Assembly (NCBI GenBank): GCA_963843575.1
Contig: CAWJKZ010000026.1
Coordinates: 1-64,000 of the forward strand
From: an uncultured Acidobacteriota bacterium
GTDB taxonomy: Bacteria > Acidobacteriota > UBA6911
Length of the DNA stretch: 64,000 nucleotides
Direction of reading: 5' to 3'
Under the pieces are notes generated by a model. The model searched no databases, was not told the origin of the DNA, and saw only the letters and a program-made list of their open reading frames with translations. Position numbers and translations under genes: made by a program. Shown one piece after another: positions 49,306 through 58,926 of this stretch (position 1 is its first letter; every line of letters begins with the position of its first letter).

Positions 49306-50274
49306 TTATGACCCTGAACTGACCGCTTCAGGGTGATGGCGGTACCAGGCGACTGCCCGTTCCAGGCCTTCCTGGAGCGCAACGGCGGGGGTGTACTCCA
49401 GCAGCTTCGCCGCCTTGCTCACATCCGCGAGAGAGTGCCGCACGTCTCCGGCTCGGGGGGGCTCGTACCTCGGTTCGACCCGTGCGCCGACAATCCGCGC
49501 CAGTTCACGCGCCAGCTGGTTGAGGCTGGTCCGGGCACCGCAGCCTATGTTGAAGACCTCACCGGCAATCCCTGGGTGAGTCGCCGCCTTCCAGTTTGCC
49601 TCGACCACGTTGGAAACAAACGTGAAATCGCGGGTCTGCTCGCCGTCACCGTATACCACGGGCGCTTGACCCGACAGCAGGCGAATGGCGAACCGGGGGA
49701 TGACGGCGGCATACGCGGACTGCGGATCCTGCCGGGGACCGAACACGTTGAAGTAGCGCAGGCAGACGGTCTCGAGCCCGTACAACTGCAGGAACAGCCG
49801 GCAAAAATGTTCGCACACCGCCTTGCTGAGGGCGTACGGGGAAAGCGGGCGCCCGACGCAGTGCTCGACCTTGGGCAACCCCGGGTCGTCGCCGTAGACC
49901 GAGGACGACGATGCCACCACGACCCGCTGAACACCCGAGTCGCGCGCGGCGACGAGAACCGAGAGGGTGCCGGCGATGTTGGCGCGCTCCGTCGCCTGTG
50001 GGTCGGCTATCGAGCGGGGCACCGAGGGGATCGCCGCTTGGTGAAACACGTAGCGCACGCCACGGAAGGCCTCGCGCAACCGGTCGGTGTCGTTGATGTC
50101 CGTTCTGAGGATCTGCAGCCGGCCGTCGGCTCCCTCGGACCACCCCGACAGGTTGCGTTCCTTCCCGGTGCTGAAATTGTCGATGACGACCACGGAGCAC
50201 TGCCGTGAGAGCGATTGCTCGGCGAGATTGGAGCCTATGAAGCCCGCGCCCCCGGTGACTGCGATCTTGTCCAT
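49306..50274 (-). CDS. NAD-dependent nucleotide-sugar epimerase (SDR)
   Basis: VTGGAGFIGS, HQAAIPSVPRS, SPYALSK, LRYFNVFGPRQDP. Confidence 0.92.
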   Translation of the reverse strand: MDKIAVTGGAGFIGSNLAEQSLSRQCSVVVIDNFSTGKERNLSGWSEGADGRLQILRTDINDTDRLREAFRGVRYVFHQAAIPSVPRSIADPQATERANIAGTLSVLVAARDSGVQRVVVASSSSVYGDDPGLPKVEHCVGRPLSPYALSKAVCEHFCRLFLQLYGLETVCLRYFNVFGPRQDPQSAYAAVIPRFAIRLLSGQAPVVYGDGEQTRDFTFVSNVVEANWKAATHPGIAGEVFNIGCGARTSLNQLARELARIVGARVEPRYEPPRAGDVRHSLADVSKAAKLLEYTPAVALQEGLERAVAWYRHHPEAVSSGS

Positions 50275-50410
50275 AAACGGCTCATTGTCGAACAGGGGAG
50301 GTATCTTAGCAGAGATCGGCAACCGGAACAACGAGGGGCCTGGTCGCTGGGACGGGGCGCTCGAAAACACAATTTTCGGGACCTGCCCCCCCGCTGGTAG
50401 AATGCGGCGC

Positions 50411-50719
50411 ATGCAAGTTCGAATCACCTGCAACGGGGCGGAGGTGGCGGTGGGGGAATTCGTCGGCAGGTTTGCCGCCGCGGTCTGCCTGGGGATGGTC
50501 GATGCGCTGAAGGCGCCCCGCCCGGCGCGCCATGTCAGGTTCGACCTGGACGGGACGGTCGTCACGCTGGTGGTCGACGGCTCCCCCGTCCCGATGGAGA
50601 AGGGCTTCGCTCGTGTGATCGTGCACGACACGCTGCGCGGAATGCTGCAACACCTCAAAGGACTGGATCCGGCCGGAGTCGTCCGGATCGAAACCACATT
50701 ATCGGAGGGGAAACCGTGA
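50411..50719 (+). CDS. Small hypothetical protein (two similar halves; resembles MobB-associated C-terminal domain)
   Basis: MQVRITCNGAEVAVGEFV...GMVDALK / LVVDGSPVPMEKGFA...GMLQHLKG; stop overlaps the next GTG start. Confidence 0.6.
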   Translation: MQVRITCNGAEVAVGEFVGRFAAAVCLGMVDALKAPRPARHVRFDLDGTVVTLVVDGSPVPMEKGFARVIVHDTLRGMLQHLKGLDPAGVVRIETTLSEGKP

Positions 50720-51738
50720 CGAGAGCCAAATCAACGCAACTGGGCAAGACCGTAACCCTGATTCCCGGGGACGGGATAGGGCCGGAGATCACCCAGGCGG
50801 TCGTCCGCATACTGGAGGCGGCGGGCTTTCGGCCGCGCTGGGAACGGGTCCTCGCGGGCGACGCCGCCATGAAGGAGACGGGCACGCCGTTGCCCGATGC
50901 CCTGATCGAATCCGTCGAGCGCACGCGCATCGCTTTGAAAGGCCCACTTAAGACGCCGATCGGCACCGGATACAAGAGCGTCAACGTCGCCTTGAGACAG
51001 CACTTCTGCCTTTACGCGAACTTCCGCCCCATCCAGAGCCTGGATGGCGTCGAGACGAAATGGAAGGACCTCGACCTGGTAGTGATCCGGGAAAACACCG
51101 AGGGGCTCTACTCGGGGATCGAACACGAGGTCGTGCCCGGAGTCGTCGAAAGCCTTAAGATCATCACCCGCTCGGCGACCGAGCGCATCGCCGAGTTCGC
51201 CTTCAGGTTCGCCCGGCGGGCGAGGCGCAAGCGCATCACCATCATCCACAAGGCGAACATCATGAAGCTGAGCGACGGGTTGTTCCTGCAGGCCTCCAGG
51301 GATATCGCCAGCCGCTATCCGCAGATCGCGTGCGACGATTGCATCGTCGACAACGCCTGCATGCAGTTGATCACCCGTCCCGAGCGGTTCGATGTCCTGC
51401 TGCTGGAGAACCTGTACGGCGACATCATCTCGGATCTGGCGGCGGGGCTGGTCGGCGGGCTGGGGGTCGTCCCCGGGGTGAACTACGGCGACAACTGCGG
51501 CATCTTCGAGGCCGTCCACGGCACCGCCCCCGATATTGCCGGGAAAGGGATCGCCAACCCGGTGGCGCTGCTGCGTTCCGCCGTCCTCATGCTCGATTTC
51601 GTCCACCTCCCGAAGATCGCGCGGCGCATCGATTCCGCGCTGCGCAAGGTTCTGCGCGCGGGGAGGGCGACGACCCCCGACCTGGGCGGCAACGGCACCA
51701 CCGACGGGATGTGCCGGGCCATCATCGACAGCCTGTAA
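50716..51738 (+). CDS. Isocitrate/isopropylmalate dehydrogenase family (NAD-IDH-like)
   Basis: [48 protein letters not shown]. Confidence 0.92.
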   Translation: MTRAKSTQLGKTVTLIPGDGIGPEITQAVVRILEAAGFRPRWERVLAGDAAMKETGTPLPDALIESVERTRIALKGPLKTPIGTGYKSVNVALRQHFCLYANFRPIQSLDGVETKWKDLDLVVIRENTEGLYSGIEHEVVPGVVESLKIITRSATERIAEFAFRFARRARRKRITIIHKANIMKLSDGLFLQASRDIASRYPQIACDDCIVDNACMQLITRPERFDVLLLENLYGDIISDLAAGLVGGLGVVPGVNYGDNCGIFEAVHGTAPDIAGKGIANPVALLRSAVLMLDFVHLPKIARRIDSALRKVLRAGRATTPDLGGNGTTDGMCRAIIDSL

Positions 51739-51851
51739 ACAGGCCCGTCCCCTTGAATTCCCGCCCGGCTTCTTTCATCATGGCACGTCGTCGTCAGGGG
51801 CGGCCCGACAGGCCGCGCCCGCTCTCGGGAGGTTCACATTTGGGGGGACGG

Positions 51852-52847
51852 ATGAGATCGTTGCGACATTGCCTCGGTGCAGCGTGCGCGCTTTGCCTAG
51901 TCATGACGGCCGTGTGGCCGAAAGCCCTCGGGGTCGCCTCACCAGCCCGCGCCCAGTTCAACGACGAGCGCAGGCGCGGAGACCTCACCCCGATACCGTT
52001 ACCGGGCGGCGGCGTCGTCGAGTTTCAGACGGTCGAGTCCCAAGACCTGCAGACGGCTCAGCCCTACAGCATCCTGCTGCCCCCTTCCTACGCCAAGTCG
52101 GGGTCGCGCACCTACCCGGTCGTCTATTTTCTGCACGGACTCAACAACGACCAGACGAGCTGGACCGTCGACCGCTACGGGAACATCCAGGACAAGGTGG
52201 AGGCGATGATGCTGTCCGGGAAGATCCCCGAAATCATCATGGTCCACCCGCGCGGCGACAACAGCTTCTACTGCAACTACGCCGACGGCAGCAAGCGGTA
52301 CGAGGATTTCGTCGTCGACGAGCTTGCCAGCTACGTCGAATCCCATTACCGGGCGAAGAAGGGGCGTGAAAACCGGGCGATCGCCGGGACCTCGATGGGC
52401 GGATACGGGGCGCTCAAGATCGCCATGAAATACCCGGAGCGCTACAGCGCCTGTGCCGGGCATTCGCCGATCATCTTCACCGGCAGCAACCCGCTCGACG
52501 TCCCCGAAAACATGAAATCCTCGCGTTACTATCAGTTCTTCGTTTCGATCCTGAAGCCGTTGTTCGGCGAGCCGATCCGCCAGGACCTGTGGGATGCGAA
52601 CAATCCGCTGCTCCTCGCCAAAAAAGCCAACCTGAAGAGCCTGGCGATTTATTTCGACTACGGCACCGAGGACCGGTACATCCAGAGCATACATCTCGAT
52701 GAGGGGGTCAAAGCCCTCGACGCCGCACTCACCCAGGCCGGCGAGGCCCACACGTTTGTGGTCCACCCCGGAGAACCCCACGGGTGGGCGCTGGTTGCGG
52801 CGCACATCGGCGAGTCGTTGCCGTTCCTGTGCCGCGGCTTCAAATAA
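51852..52847 (+). CDS. Exported alpha/beta-hydrolase esterase
   Basis: Signal peptide, YPVVYFLHG, GTSMGG nucleophile elbow, C-terminal HGW. Confidence 0.85.
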   Translation: MRSLRHCLGAACALCLVMTAVWPKALGVASPARAQFNDERRRGDLTPIPLPGGGVVEFQTVESQDLQTAQPYSILLPPSYAKSGSRTYPVVYFLHGLNNDQTSWTVDRYGNIQDKVEAMMLSGKIPEIIMVHPRGDNSFYCNYADGSKRYEDFVVDELASYVESHYRAKKGRENRAIAGTSMGGYGALKIAMKYPERYSACAGHSPIIFTGSNPLDVPENMKSSRYYQFFVSILKPLFGEPIRQDLWDANNPLLLAKKANLKSLAIYFDYGTEDRYIQSIHLDEGVKALDAALTQAGEAHTFVVHPGEPHGWALVAAHIGESLPFLCRGFK

Positions 52848-52875
52848 CACGACGCGGATTCCCAGGGGGACCGGC

Positions 52876-54285
52876 ATGAAGACCATCATCGAGCCGTTCA
52901 AGATCAAGGTTGTCGAAAAGATCCGGATGACCAGTCTCGAACAGCGAGAGGAGATCTTGCGCCGTGCGGGGCACAACCTGTTCCTCGTCCCCGCGGCCGA
53001 CGTCCTGATCGACCTGCTGACCGACAGCGGTACGGCGGCCATGAGCGCCAGTCAGTGGGCCGCAATCATGGAGGGGGACGAGGCCTACGCCGGCAGCCTC
53101 TCCTGGTACCGGTTCGAGGAGGCCGTGCGCCGGGTTTTCGGCTTTGCCAATGTCATCCCGACGCACCAGGGGCGTGCCGCCGAACGCATCCTGTTTTCCT
53201 CCACCTGCAAGCCGGGCGACGTCGTCCCGAACAACACGCACTTCGACACGACGCGCGCCAACATCGAGTACCGCGGGGCCACCGCGCTCGACCTCGTGAT
53301 CCCGGAAGGAAGGGAGCCCGCGACGCTGCACCCCTTCAAAGGGAACATGGATACGGAGGCGCTGCGGAATACCCTCGAACAGTACGGGCCTCAGCGCATC
53401 CCCCTGGTGATGCTCACCATCACCAACAACTCCGGCGGCGGGCAACCCGTTTCGCTGGAGAACATCCGCGAGGTCAGCCGCATCAGCCACAGCTACGGCG
53501 TCCCGCTCTACCTCGATGCATGCCGTTTCGCCGAGAACGCCTATCTCATCAAACTGCGCGAACCCGGGCAGCACGCGCGCCCCGTCCGGGAAATCGTGCG
53601 CGAAATGTTCTCCTATGCCGACGGCTGCACGATGTCGGCGAAAAAGGACGGGCTGGCCAACATCGGCGGCTTCCTTTGCACCAACAACGCTGGGCTGGCC
53701 GAGCAGGAGAAGGAACTCCTGATCCTGACCGAAGGCTTCCCCACCTACGGGGGAATGGCCGGGCGGGATCTGAACGCGATCGCCGTCGGCCTGGACGAGG
53801 TGCTCGACGAGGACTACCTGAACTACCGCATCGTTTCCACCGACTACCTGGGGAGCCACATTGCCGGGCAGGGAGTGCCCATCGTTCAGCCGCCCGGGGG
53901 GCACGCCGTCTACATCGATGCCAAGGCGATGTTGCCGCACATCCCTCCCAGCCGCTATCCCGGTCAGTCGCTTTGCTGCGAGCTCTACCGCTGGGCCGGC
54001 ATCCGGGCGGTCGAGATCGGGTCGGTCATGTTCGGCAGGCGCGACCCTGAAACGGGCGAAGAGACCCCCGCCGCGATGGAACTGGTCCGGCTCGCCATCC
54101 CGCGCCGCGTCTATACCCAGAGCCACATCGACTACGTGGTCGAGGCGATTCTGGAGCTCTTCGCCCGGTGTGAGCAGTTCCCCGGCTATCGGATCACGCA
54201 CCAGGCCCGCTTCCTGCGACACTTCACCGCCCGCTTCGAGCCGGTGCCGGGCGTCTCCCGCAAAGAGGGCCAGTCCGATGTCTGA
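52876..54285 (+). CDS. Tryptophanase / tyrosine phenol-lyase family beta-eliminating lyase
   Basis: EPFKIKVVE, IDLLTDSGT, THQGRAAE, MSAKKDG, EGFPTYGG, RLAIPRRVYT, LRHFTARF. Confidence 0.93.
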   Translation: MKTIIEPFKIKVVEKIRMTSLEQREEILRRAGHNLFLVPAADVLIDLLTDSGTAAMSASQWAAIMEGDEAYAGSLSWYRFEEAVRRVFGFANVIPTHQGRAAERILFSSTCKPGDVVPNNTHFDTTRANIEYRGATALDLVIPEGREPATLHPFKGNMDTEALRNTLEQYGPQRIPLVMLTITNNSGGGQPVSLENIREVSRISHSYGVPLYLDACRFAENAYLIKLREPGQHARPVREIVREMFSYADGCTMSAKKDGLANIGGFLCTNNAGLAEQEKELLILTEGFPTYGGMAGRDLNAIAVGLDEVLDEDYLNYRIVSTDYLGSHIAGQGVPIVQPPGGHAVYIDAKAMLPHIPPSRYPGQSLCCELYRWAGIRAVEIGSVMFGRRDPETGEETPAAMELVRLAIPRRVYTQSHIDYVVEAILELFARCEQFPGYRITHQARFLRHFTARFEPVPGVSRKEGQSDV

Positions 54286-54356
54286 GAGCCCGACCCTCGT
54301 CACGGTGGGTCGGGCACACCGTCACCGGTCGGTCGCGAAGCGCCGCCAGGGCAGCC

Positions 54357-54677
54357 ATGGGATATTTCGAGGACGTTCAGAGAGCCGTCAAACGGATACC
54401 GCGCGGGAAGGTGGCGAGCTACGCCGATGTGGCCAGGGCGGCAGGTCATCCGGGCACGGCCCGGCAGGTCGCCTGGGCCCTCCGTGGAAGCAGCGACCCA
54501 ACCTTGCCATGGCAGCGCGTGATCGGCAGCGGCGGGAAAATTCTCCTGCCGGGCGAGGCGGGCCTGCATCAGCGTCTCCTGCTGGAGCTCGAAGGCGTGG
54601 CGTTCAAGGGGGCGCGGGTCGACGTCGGCAGGTGCGGATTCCGCTTTCGGAGACCCAGCCGGAGCGTCTCATCGTGA
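54357..54677 (+). CDS. Alkyltransferase-like (ATL/MGMT family) protein
   Basis: IPRGKVASY, ARQVAWAL, PWQRV (Trp in place of catalytic Cys), LLELEGV. Confidence 0.88.
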   Translation: MGYFEDVQRAVKRIPRGKVASYADVARAAGHPGTARQVAWALRGSSDPTLPWQRVIGSGGKILLPGEAGLHQRLLLELEGVAFKGARVDVGRCGFRFRRPSRSVSS

Positions 54678-54782
54678 ACGGCGCGACGATTGCGCAAACA
54701 CCAAAGCGTTTTTTCGGACGGGATCGACGCTGAACCAGGCGGACGAAGAACAAAGGCATTGGCCGCGCCCGAGGGGTGTCCT

Positions 54783-55931
54783 GTGGCTGAAACCGACAAT
54801 CCGGCAGCCCTCAGCTTGAGCATCCGGGCCGAGGCCCTCCGGCTCGGCTTCCTCAGCATGGGAGTAGCACCGGCCGGACCGCTCCCGGAGGCCGGCCGGT
54901 TCGACGCGTGGCTGCGCGGCGGGATGCACGGCACGATGGGGTACATGCAACGGCAGGCCGAGAAGCGGAAAAACCCGAGCCTCATCCTGGAGGATGCGCG
55001 CTCCATCCTCGTGCTTGCGCTGAGTTACCACACCGGAGCCGGCCTATCCGGGGATCCGTCGCGAGGTAGGATCAGCCGGTACGGCTGGGGCGACGATTAT
55101 CACGAGGTGGTCGGGGCACGGCTGAAGCAGCTTCGTGAGTTCATCGAACACGCCGCGCCGGGGGCTCGCTGCCTGGAATACGTGGACACCGGCCCGGTCA
55201 TGGAAAAGGTCTGGGGGGCCCAGTCGGCGTTGGGCTGGATCGGAAAGCACTCCAACCTGATCGCGCGTCACGGGGGTTCGTGGTTTTTCATCGGAGTGAT
55301 CCTGACGAACCTGGCACTCTCCGGCGACGCGCCCGAGCCCGATTATTGCGGGATATGCAGCCGCTGCATATCCGCGTGCCCCACGGGCGCGATCGTCGCA
55401 CCTTACGTCGTGGATGCCCGGCTCTGCATTTCCTATCTGACGATCGAGTTGCGCGGCCCCATCCCGCGACCATTGCGCCGGCTGATTGGCAACCGGATCT
55501 TCGGTTGCGACGACTGCCAGGAAGTCTGTCCCTGGAACCGCTTCGCCGTGCACAGCCCCGAGCCCGCTTTCCAGGCGCGCCCGGACAACTGGATGCCGGA
55601 ACTGGCCGCACTTGTCCGCATCAGCCCCGAGGGGTTCGAGCGGAGGTTCAGACACAGCCCCGTGCGCCGGGCGAGGCGGGACGGATTTGTCCGAAACGTG
55701 GCGGTGGCGCTCGGCAATTCGGGGGCGCCCGAGGCGGTGCCGGCGCTGGTTTCGGCTCTGGCGGACGAGAGCGCGCTTGTGCGCGGTCACGCCGCCTGGG
55801 CCCTGGGCCGCACCGCGTCCCCGGAGGCACCCGGCGCCTTACGAGCGGCCAGGGCATCAGAACAGGATCCCGGGGTGCAGGAAGAGATCGACGCGGCGTT
55901 GAATGAAGTCACCCGGTCCCCGCTTTCCTGA
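54783..55931 (+). CDS. queG: tRNA epoxyqueuosine reductase
   Basis: GRISRYGWGDDYH, DTGPVMEK, CGICSRCISACPT, CISYLTIE, GCDDCQEVCPWN, HEAT tail. Confidence 0.95.
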   Translation: MAETDNPAALSLSIRAEALRLGFLSMGVAPAGPLPEAGRFDAWLRGGMHGTMGYMQRQAEKRKNPSLILEDARSILVLALSYHTGAGLSGDPSRGRISRYGWGDDYHEVVGARLKQLREFIEHAAPGARCLEYVDTGPVMEKVWGAQSALGWIGKHSNLIARHGGSWFFIGVILTNLALSGDAPEPDYCGICSRCISACPTGAIVAPYVVDARLCISYLTIELRGPIPRPLRRLIGNRIFGCDDCQEVCPWNRFAVHSPEPAFQARPDNWMPELAALVRISPEGFERRFRHSPVRRARRDGFVRNVAVALGNSGAPEAVPALVSALADESALVRGHAAWALGRTASPEAPGALRAARASEQDPGVQEEIDAALNEVTRSPLS

Positions 55932-55954
55932 ATCGGCTATCGGCGGCGCGCCGG

Positions 55955-56749
55955 TCAGATGGCGATCGGCGCCTTGATGGCCGGGTGCGGGTCGTATCCG
56001 ATCAGCTCGAAGTCCTCATACCTGAAGTCGAAAATGGAAGTGACCGCCGGGTTGAGCCTCATCTGCGGCAGGGGCCGCGGCACCCTGGCGAGCTGGGTGC
56101 GGACCTGGTCGAGGTGATTGATGTACAGGTGGGCGTCCCCGAAGGTGTGCACGAACTCCCCCGCGCCGTATCCCGTCACCTGGCTGATCATCATGGTGAG
56201 CAGCGAGTACGAGGCGATGTTGAAGGGCACGCCGAGGAACAGGTCCGCACTTCTCTGGTACAACTGACAGGACAGCCGGTCTCCGGCAACATAGAACTGG
56301 AAAAGGCAATGACACGGTGGGAGCTTCATCTCGTCGATGCGCGCCACATTCCACGCGCTCACCAGCAGGCGCCGGCTGTCGGGCTTCGCCCTGATGTGTT
56401 CGACGACGCGCGAGATCTGGTCGATCGTCTTGCCGTCGGGGGCGTCCCAGTGCCTCCACTGTGCCCCGTAGACGGGGCCGAGATCCCCGTTCTCGTCGGC
56501 CCATTGGTCCCAGATGCCTACCCCGTTATCCTTCAGGTATTTGATGTTGGTGCTCCCCTGGAGGAACCAGAGAAGTTCGTGTATGACTCCTTTCATGTAG
56601 AGCCGCTTCGTCGTCGTAGCCGGGAATCCCTGGGCCAGATCGAAGCGGAGTTGCCGGCCGAACACGCTGAGCGTACCGGTCCCCGTTCGGTCCGACTTGG
56701 GGACGCCGTTTTCGGCGACATCGCGCAGCAGATCGAGGTAGGGTTGCAT
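55955..56749 (-). CDS. thyA: Thymidylate synthase
   Basis: [39 protein letters not shown]. Confidence 0.97.
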   Translation of the reverse strand: MQPYLDLLRDVAENGVPKSDRTGTGTLSVFGRQLRFDLAQGFPATTTKRLYMKGVIHELLWFLQGSTNIKYLKDNGVGIWDQWADENGDLGPVYGAQWRHWDAPDGKTIDQISRVVEHIRAKPDSRRLLVSAWNVARIDEMKLPPCHCLFQFYVAGDRLSCQLYQRSADLFLGVPFNIASYSLLTMMISQVTGYGAGEFVHTFGDAHLYINHLDQVRTQLARVPRPLPQMRLNPAVTSIFDFRYEDFELIGYDPHPAIKAPIAI

Positions 56750-56800
56750 AGTCGGAGAATGCGCGGTCAGGCCCCCGATTGTCCAGTTTCGGCATCATAG

Positions 56801-56969
56801 GGCTCGCGCAAGAATAACTTCACATTTTGCTGACGGCTCCCGAGCCAACAGATCCTGCAGCAAGCAACGATAGGAGATTGCTGTCAGCGGAGCCGTCAGC
56901 CCTCCGGGGCGCCTTGCATCTGCCCGCCCGGCGCTCGCGCCAAAATGTGAACTTATTCTTGCGCGAACC
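56801..56969. mobile_element. 169-bp MITE with 29-bp terminal inverted repeats and 5-bp target duplication
   Basis: GGCTCGCGCAAGAATAACTTCACATTTTG vs reverse complement of CAAAATGTGAACTTATTCTTGCGCGAACC (27/29); CATAG on both flanks; internal stem GCTGACGGCTCC/GGAGCCGTCAGC. Confidence 0.85.
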
Positions 56970-57020
56970 CATAGCTCGCATGCCGAACGTCGCGGATCGC
57001 GACCTGACCCCGGGGGTGTA

Positions 57021-57482
57021 TCAGATCCTCTCCAAGGCCTCGAGTACCTCCTCGGTGTGCCCGTCGACCTTCACCTTGGGGAAGATCTTCTTGATTTTCC
57101 CGTCTTTACCGATGATGAAGGTCGTGCGCTCGATCCCCATCACCTTCTTGCCGTACATGCTTTTTTCCTTGTAGACGCCGTATTGGGTGGCCACGGCCTT
57201 GTTCACATCCGAAAGCAGCGGCATGTTCAGGCCGTATTTGTCGCGGAACTTTGCTTGTTTTTCCACGCTGTCGGCGCTGATACCCACCGCCACCGCGCCC
57301 CTGGCTTCGATCTTGTCCCTGGCATCACGGAACCCGGATGCTTCCCGGGTTCAACCGGGGGTATCGGCCTTCGGGTAGAAAAAGAGAACGACGTTCTTCC
57401 CCTTGAAATCAGAGAGGCTCACCGACTTTCCGTGGTCGTCGGTCGCGGAAAATGCAGGGGCTTTGCCGCCTTCCTGGATCAT
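57021..57482 (-). CDS. bcp: Bcp/PrxQ peroxiredoxin, predicted selenoprotein (Sec44)
   Basis: Continuous 153-aa frame MIQEGGKAPAF...FFYPKADTPG-TGA-TREASGFRD...GIERTTF...VKVDGH; TGA (57351-57353) sits at the peroxidatic Cys. Confidence 0.9.
57322..57341 (-). promoter_or_regulatory. Candidate SECIS hairpin of bcp
   Basis: GCATC-CGG-GTT-CCG-T-GATGC beginning at +10 after UGA. Confidence 0.6.
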
Positions 57483-57567
57483 GTTTCCTCCGGGATCGAT
57501 AAAGGAGTGGGGTTACGGCCGGGATTGTATCAGACCGGGGCGGGGAAGTGCAGTCCGGATGACGTGC

Positions 57568-57678
57568 TTACCTGCGTCTGCGCCCGCCCGTGATCAGCCA
57601 CCAGAGGAGAAGCGCGACGCTGCCGAGCCCCACCGCGACGGCGATCCAGACTCCCGCATTGCCGGGTCCCGCAAGCAT
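57568..57678 (-). CDS. Putative small membrane protein (36 aa; possibly starts at upstream CTG)
   Basis: MLAGPGNAGVWIAVAVGLGSVALLLWWLITGGRRRR*; GAGGAG about 25 nt upstream of the ATG. Confidence 0.5.
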   Translation of the reverse strand: MLAGPGNAGVWIAVAVGLGSVALLLWWLITGGRRRR

Positions 57679-57785
57679 TCCCTGAGCATGCGCCAGCAGG
57701 GGTCTCCTCGGGAAGGGGATTTTACATGGAACCTTGCCCGCGGCAAGCGCGAGTCGCTATGATGCATCGAACGGGCATGAGAAAA

Positions 57786-58898
57786 ATGCTGGATAACGAC
57801 GGGTTCCGGCTGCCCAGGATCAGCCGGCGACGATTCGCCGAGGAGATTGTGGCGGGGCTGGCGACGGTCCCGTCCATTGCAGCTATGCAAGCAGACAATG
57901 GGGCACCCGCCGCCAGGCGGCCTTCCATAACCGACGTAGACGGCATCCTTGTCGGCCACCATACCCTCCGGGACCGGCCGACCGGCTGCACGGTCGTGAC
58001 CTCCGTGGAGCCTCTGGCGGCCGGGGTCGACGTGCGCGGCGGTGCTCCCGGCACCCGCGAGACCGACTTGCTGAGGTCCGAAAACCTCGTCGAGAAGATA
58101 AACGCGGTGTTTCTTTCCGGGGGCAGCGCCTTCGGGCTGGATGTCGCCACCGGGGTTTCGCGTTATCTCGAGGAGCAGGGCCGCGGCTTCGCGGTCGGAA
58201 GCGTAAGGGTTCCCATCGTGTGCGGCGCGATCATCTTTGATCTCGGCCTCGGCGACCCCAAAATCCGCCCCGATGCCCAGGCCGGTTACGAAGCCTGCAG
58301 GGCGGCGGCAGATGGCCCGGTGCCGGAGGGAAATGTCGGGGCCGGTGCCGGCGCGACGGTCGGGAAACTCCTGGGATCCGACAGGGCCATGAAGGCAGGC
58401 CTCGGTTCGTGGTGCCTTGCGCGGCCCGACGGTCTGAAGGTGGGGGCCCTGGTTGCCGTCAACTGCGTCGGGGACGTTGTCGACCCCGCGACCGGGCGGA
58501 TCGTCGCGGGTGCCAGGAAGGCCGACGGGTCAGGATTTGCCGATACAATGGAATTCCTGCGCCGGGGCGAGCCAGCCTCGCCTGTGAGGCAGAACACGGT
58601 GATCGCCGTCGTCGCGACCAATGCACAATTCGGGAAACCGCAGTGCAACAAAGTCGCGCAAATGGCGCAGGACGCGCTGGCCCGGTGCATCTACCCGGCG
58701 CACACGCCCTGGGATGGCGACACCGTGTTCTCCCTTGCGACCGGGGTCTGGCAGAACGGTGGGAAGCCGACCGATGCCGGGCTCGTCGGGGCGCTGGCCG
58801 CCGACACCCTGGCACGCGCGCTGCTCCGCGCCGTGGAGCAGGCACAGTCCTGGAACCAACTCCCGGCCGCGCGGGATTTCGTCCGCCGAACGAAGTGA
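57786..58898 (+). CDS. Peptidase family P1/S58 (DmpA-like)
   Basis: ITDVDGILVGH, TGCTV, DVRGGAPGTRET, LSGGSAFGL, GAGAGATVGK, PAHTPWDGD; start uncertain. Confidence 0.9.
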   Translation: MLDNDGFRLPRISRRRFAEEIVAGLATVPSIAAMQADNGAPAARRPSITDVDGILVGHHTLRDRPTGCTVVTSVEPLAAGVDVRGGAPGTRETDLLRSENLVEKINAVFLSGGSAFGLDVATGVSRYLEEQGRGFAVGSVRVPIVCGAIIFDLGLGDPKIRPDAQAGYEACRAAADGPVPEGNVGAGAGATVGKLLGSDRAMKAGLGSWCLARPDGLKVGALVAVNCVGDVVDPATGRIVAGARKADGSGFADTMEFLRRGEPASPVRQNTVIAVVATNAQFGKPQCNKVAQMAQDALARCIYPAHTPWDGDTVFSLATGVWQNGGKPTDAGLVGALAADTLARALLRAVEQAQSWNQLPAARDFVRRTK

Positions 58899-58926
58899 CG
58901 CGGCCCTCCGCGCCGCCGTCCGACGC

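Noticed and set aside
55955-56749. thyA without adjacent folA as an anomaly
   Set aside because: The two genes are commonly unlinked; cannot be judged from one window.
57786-57890. Tat signal (SRRRF) on the P1 peptidase
   Set aside because: The following segment begins with EE and is weakly hydrophobic, and the start codon is uncertain; not supportable.
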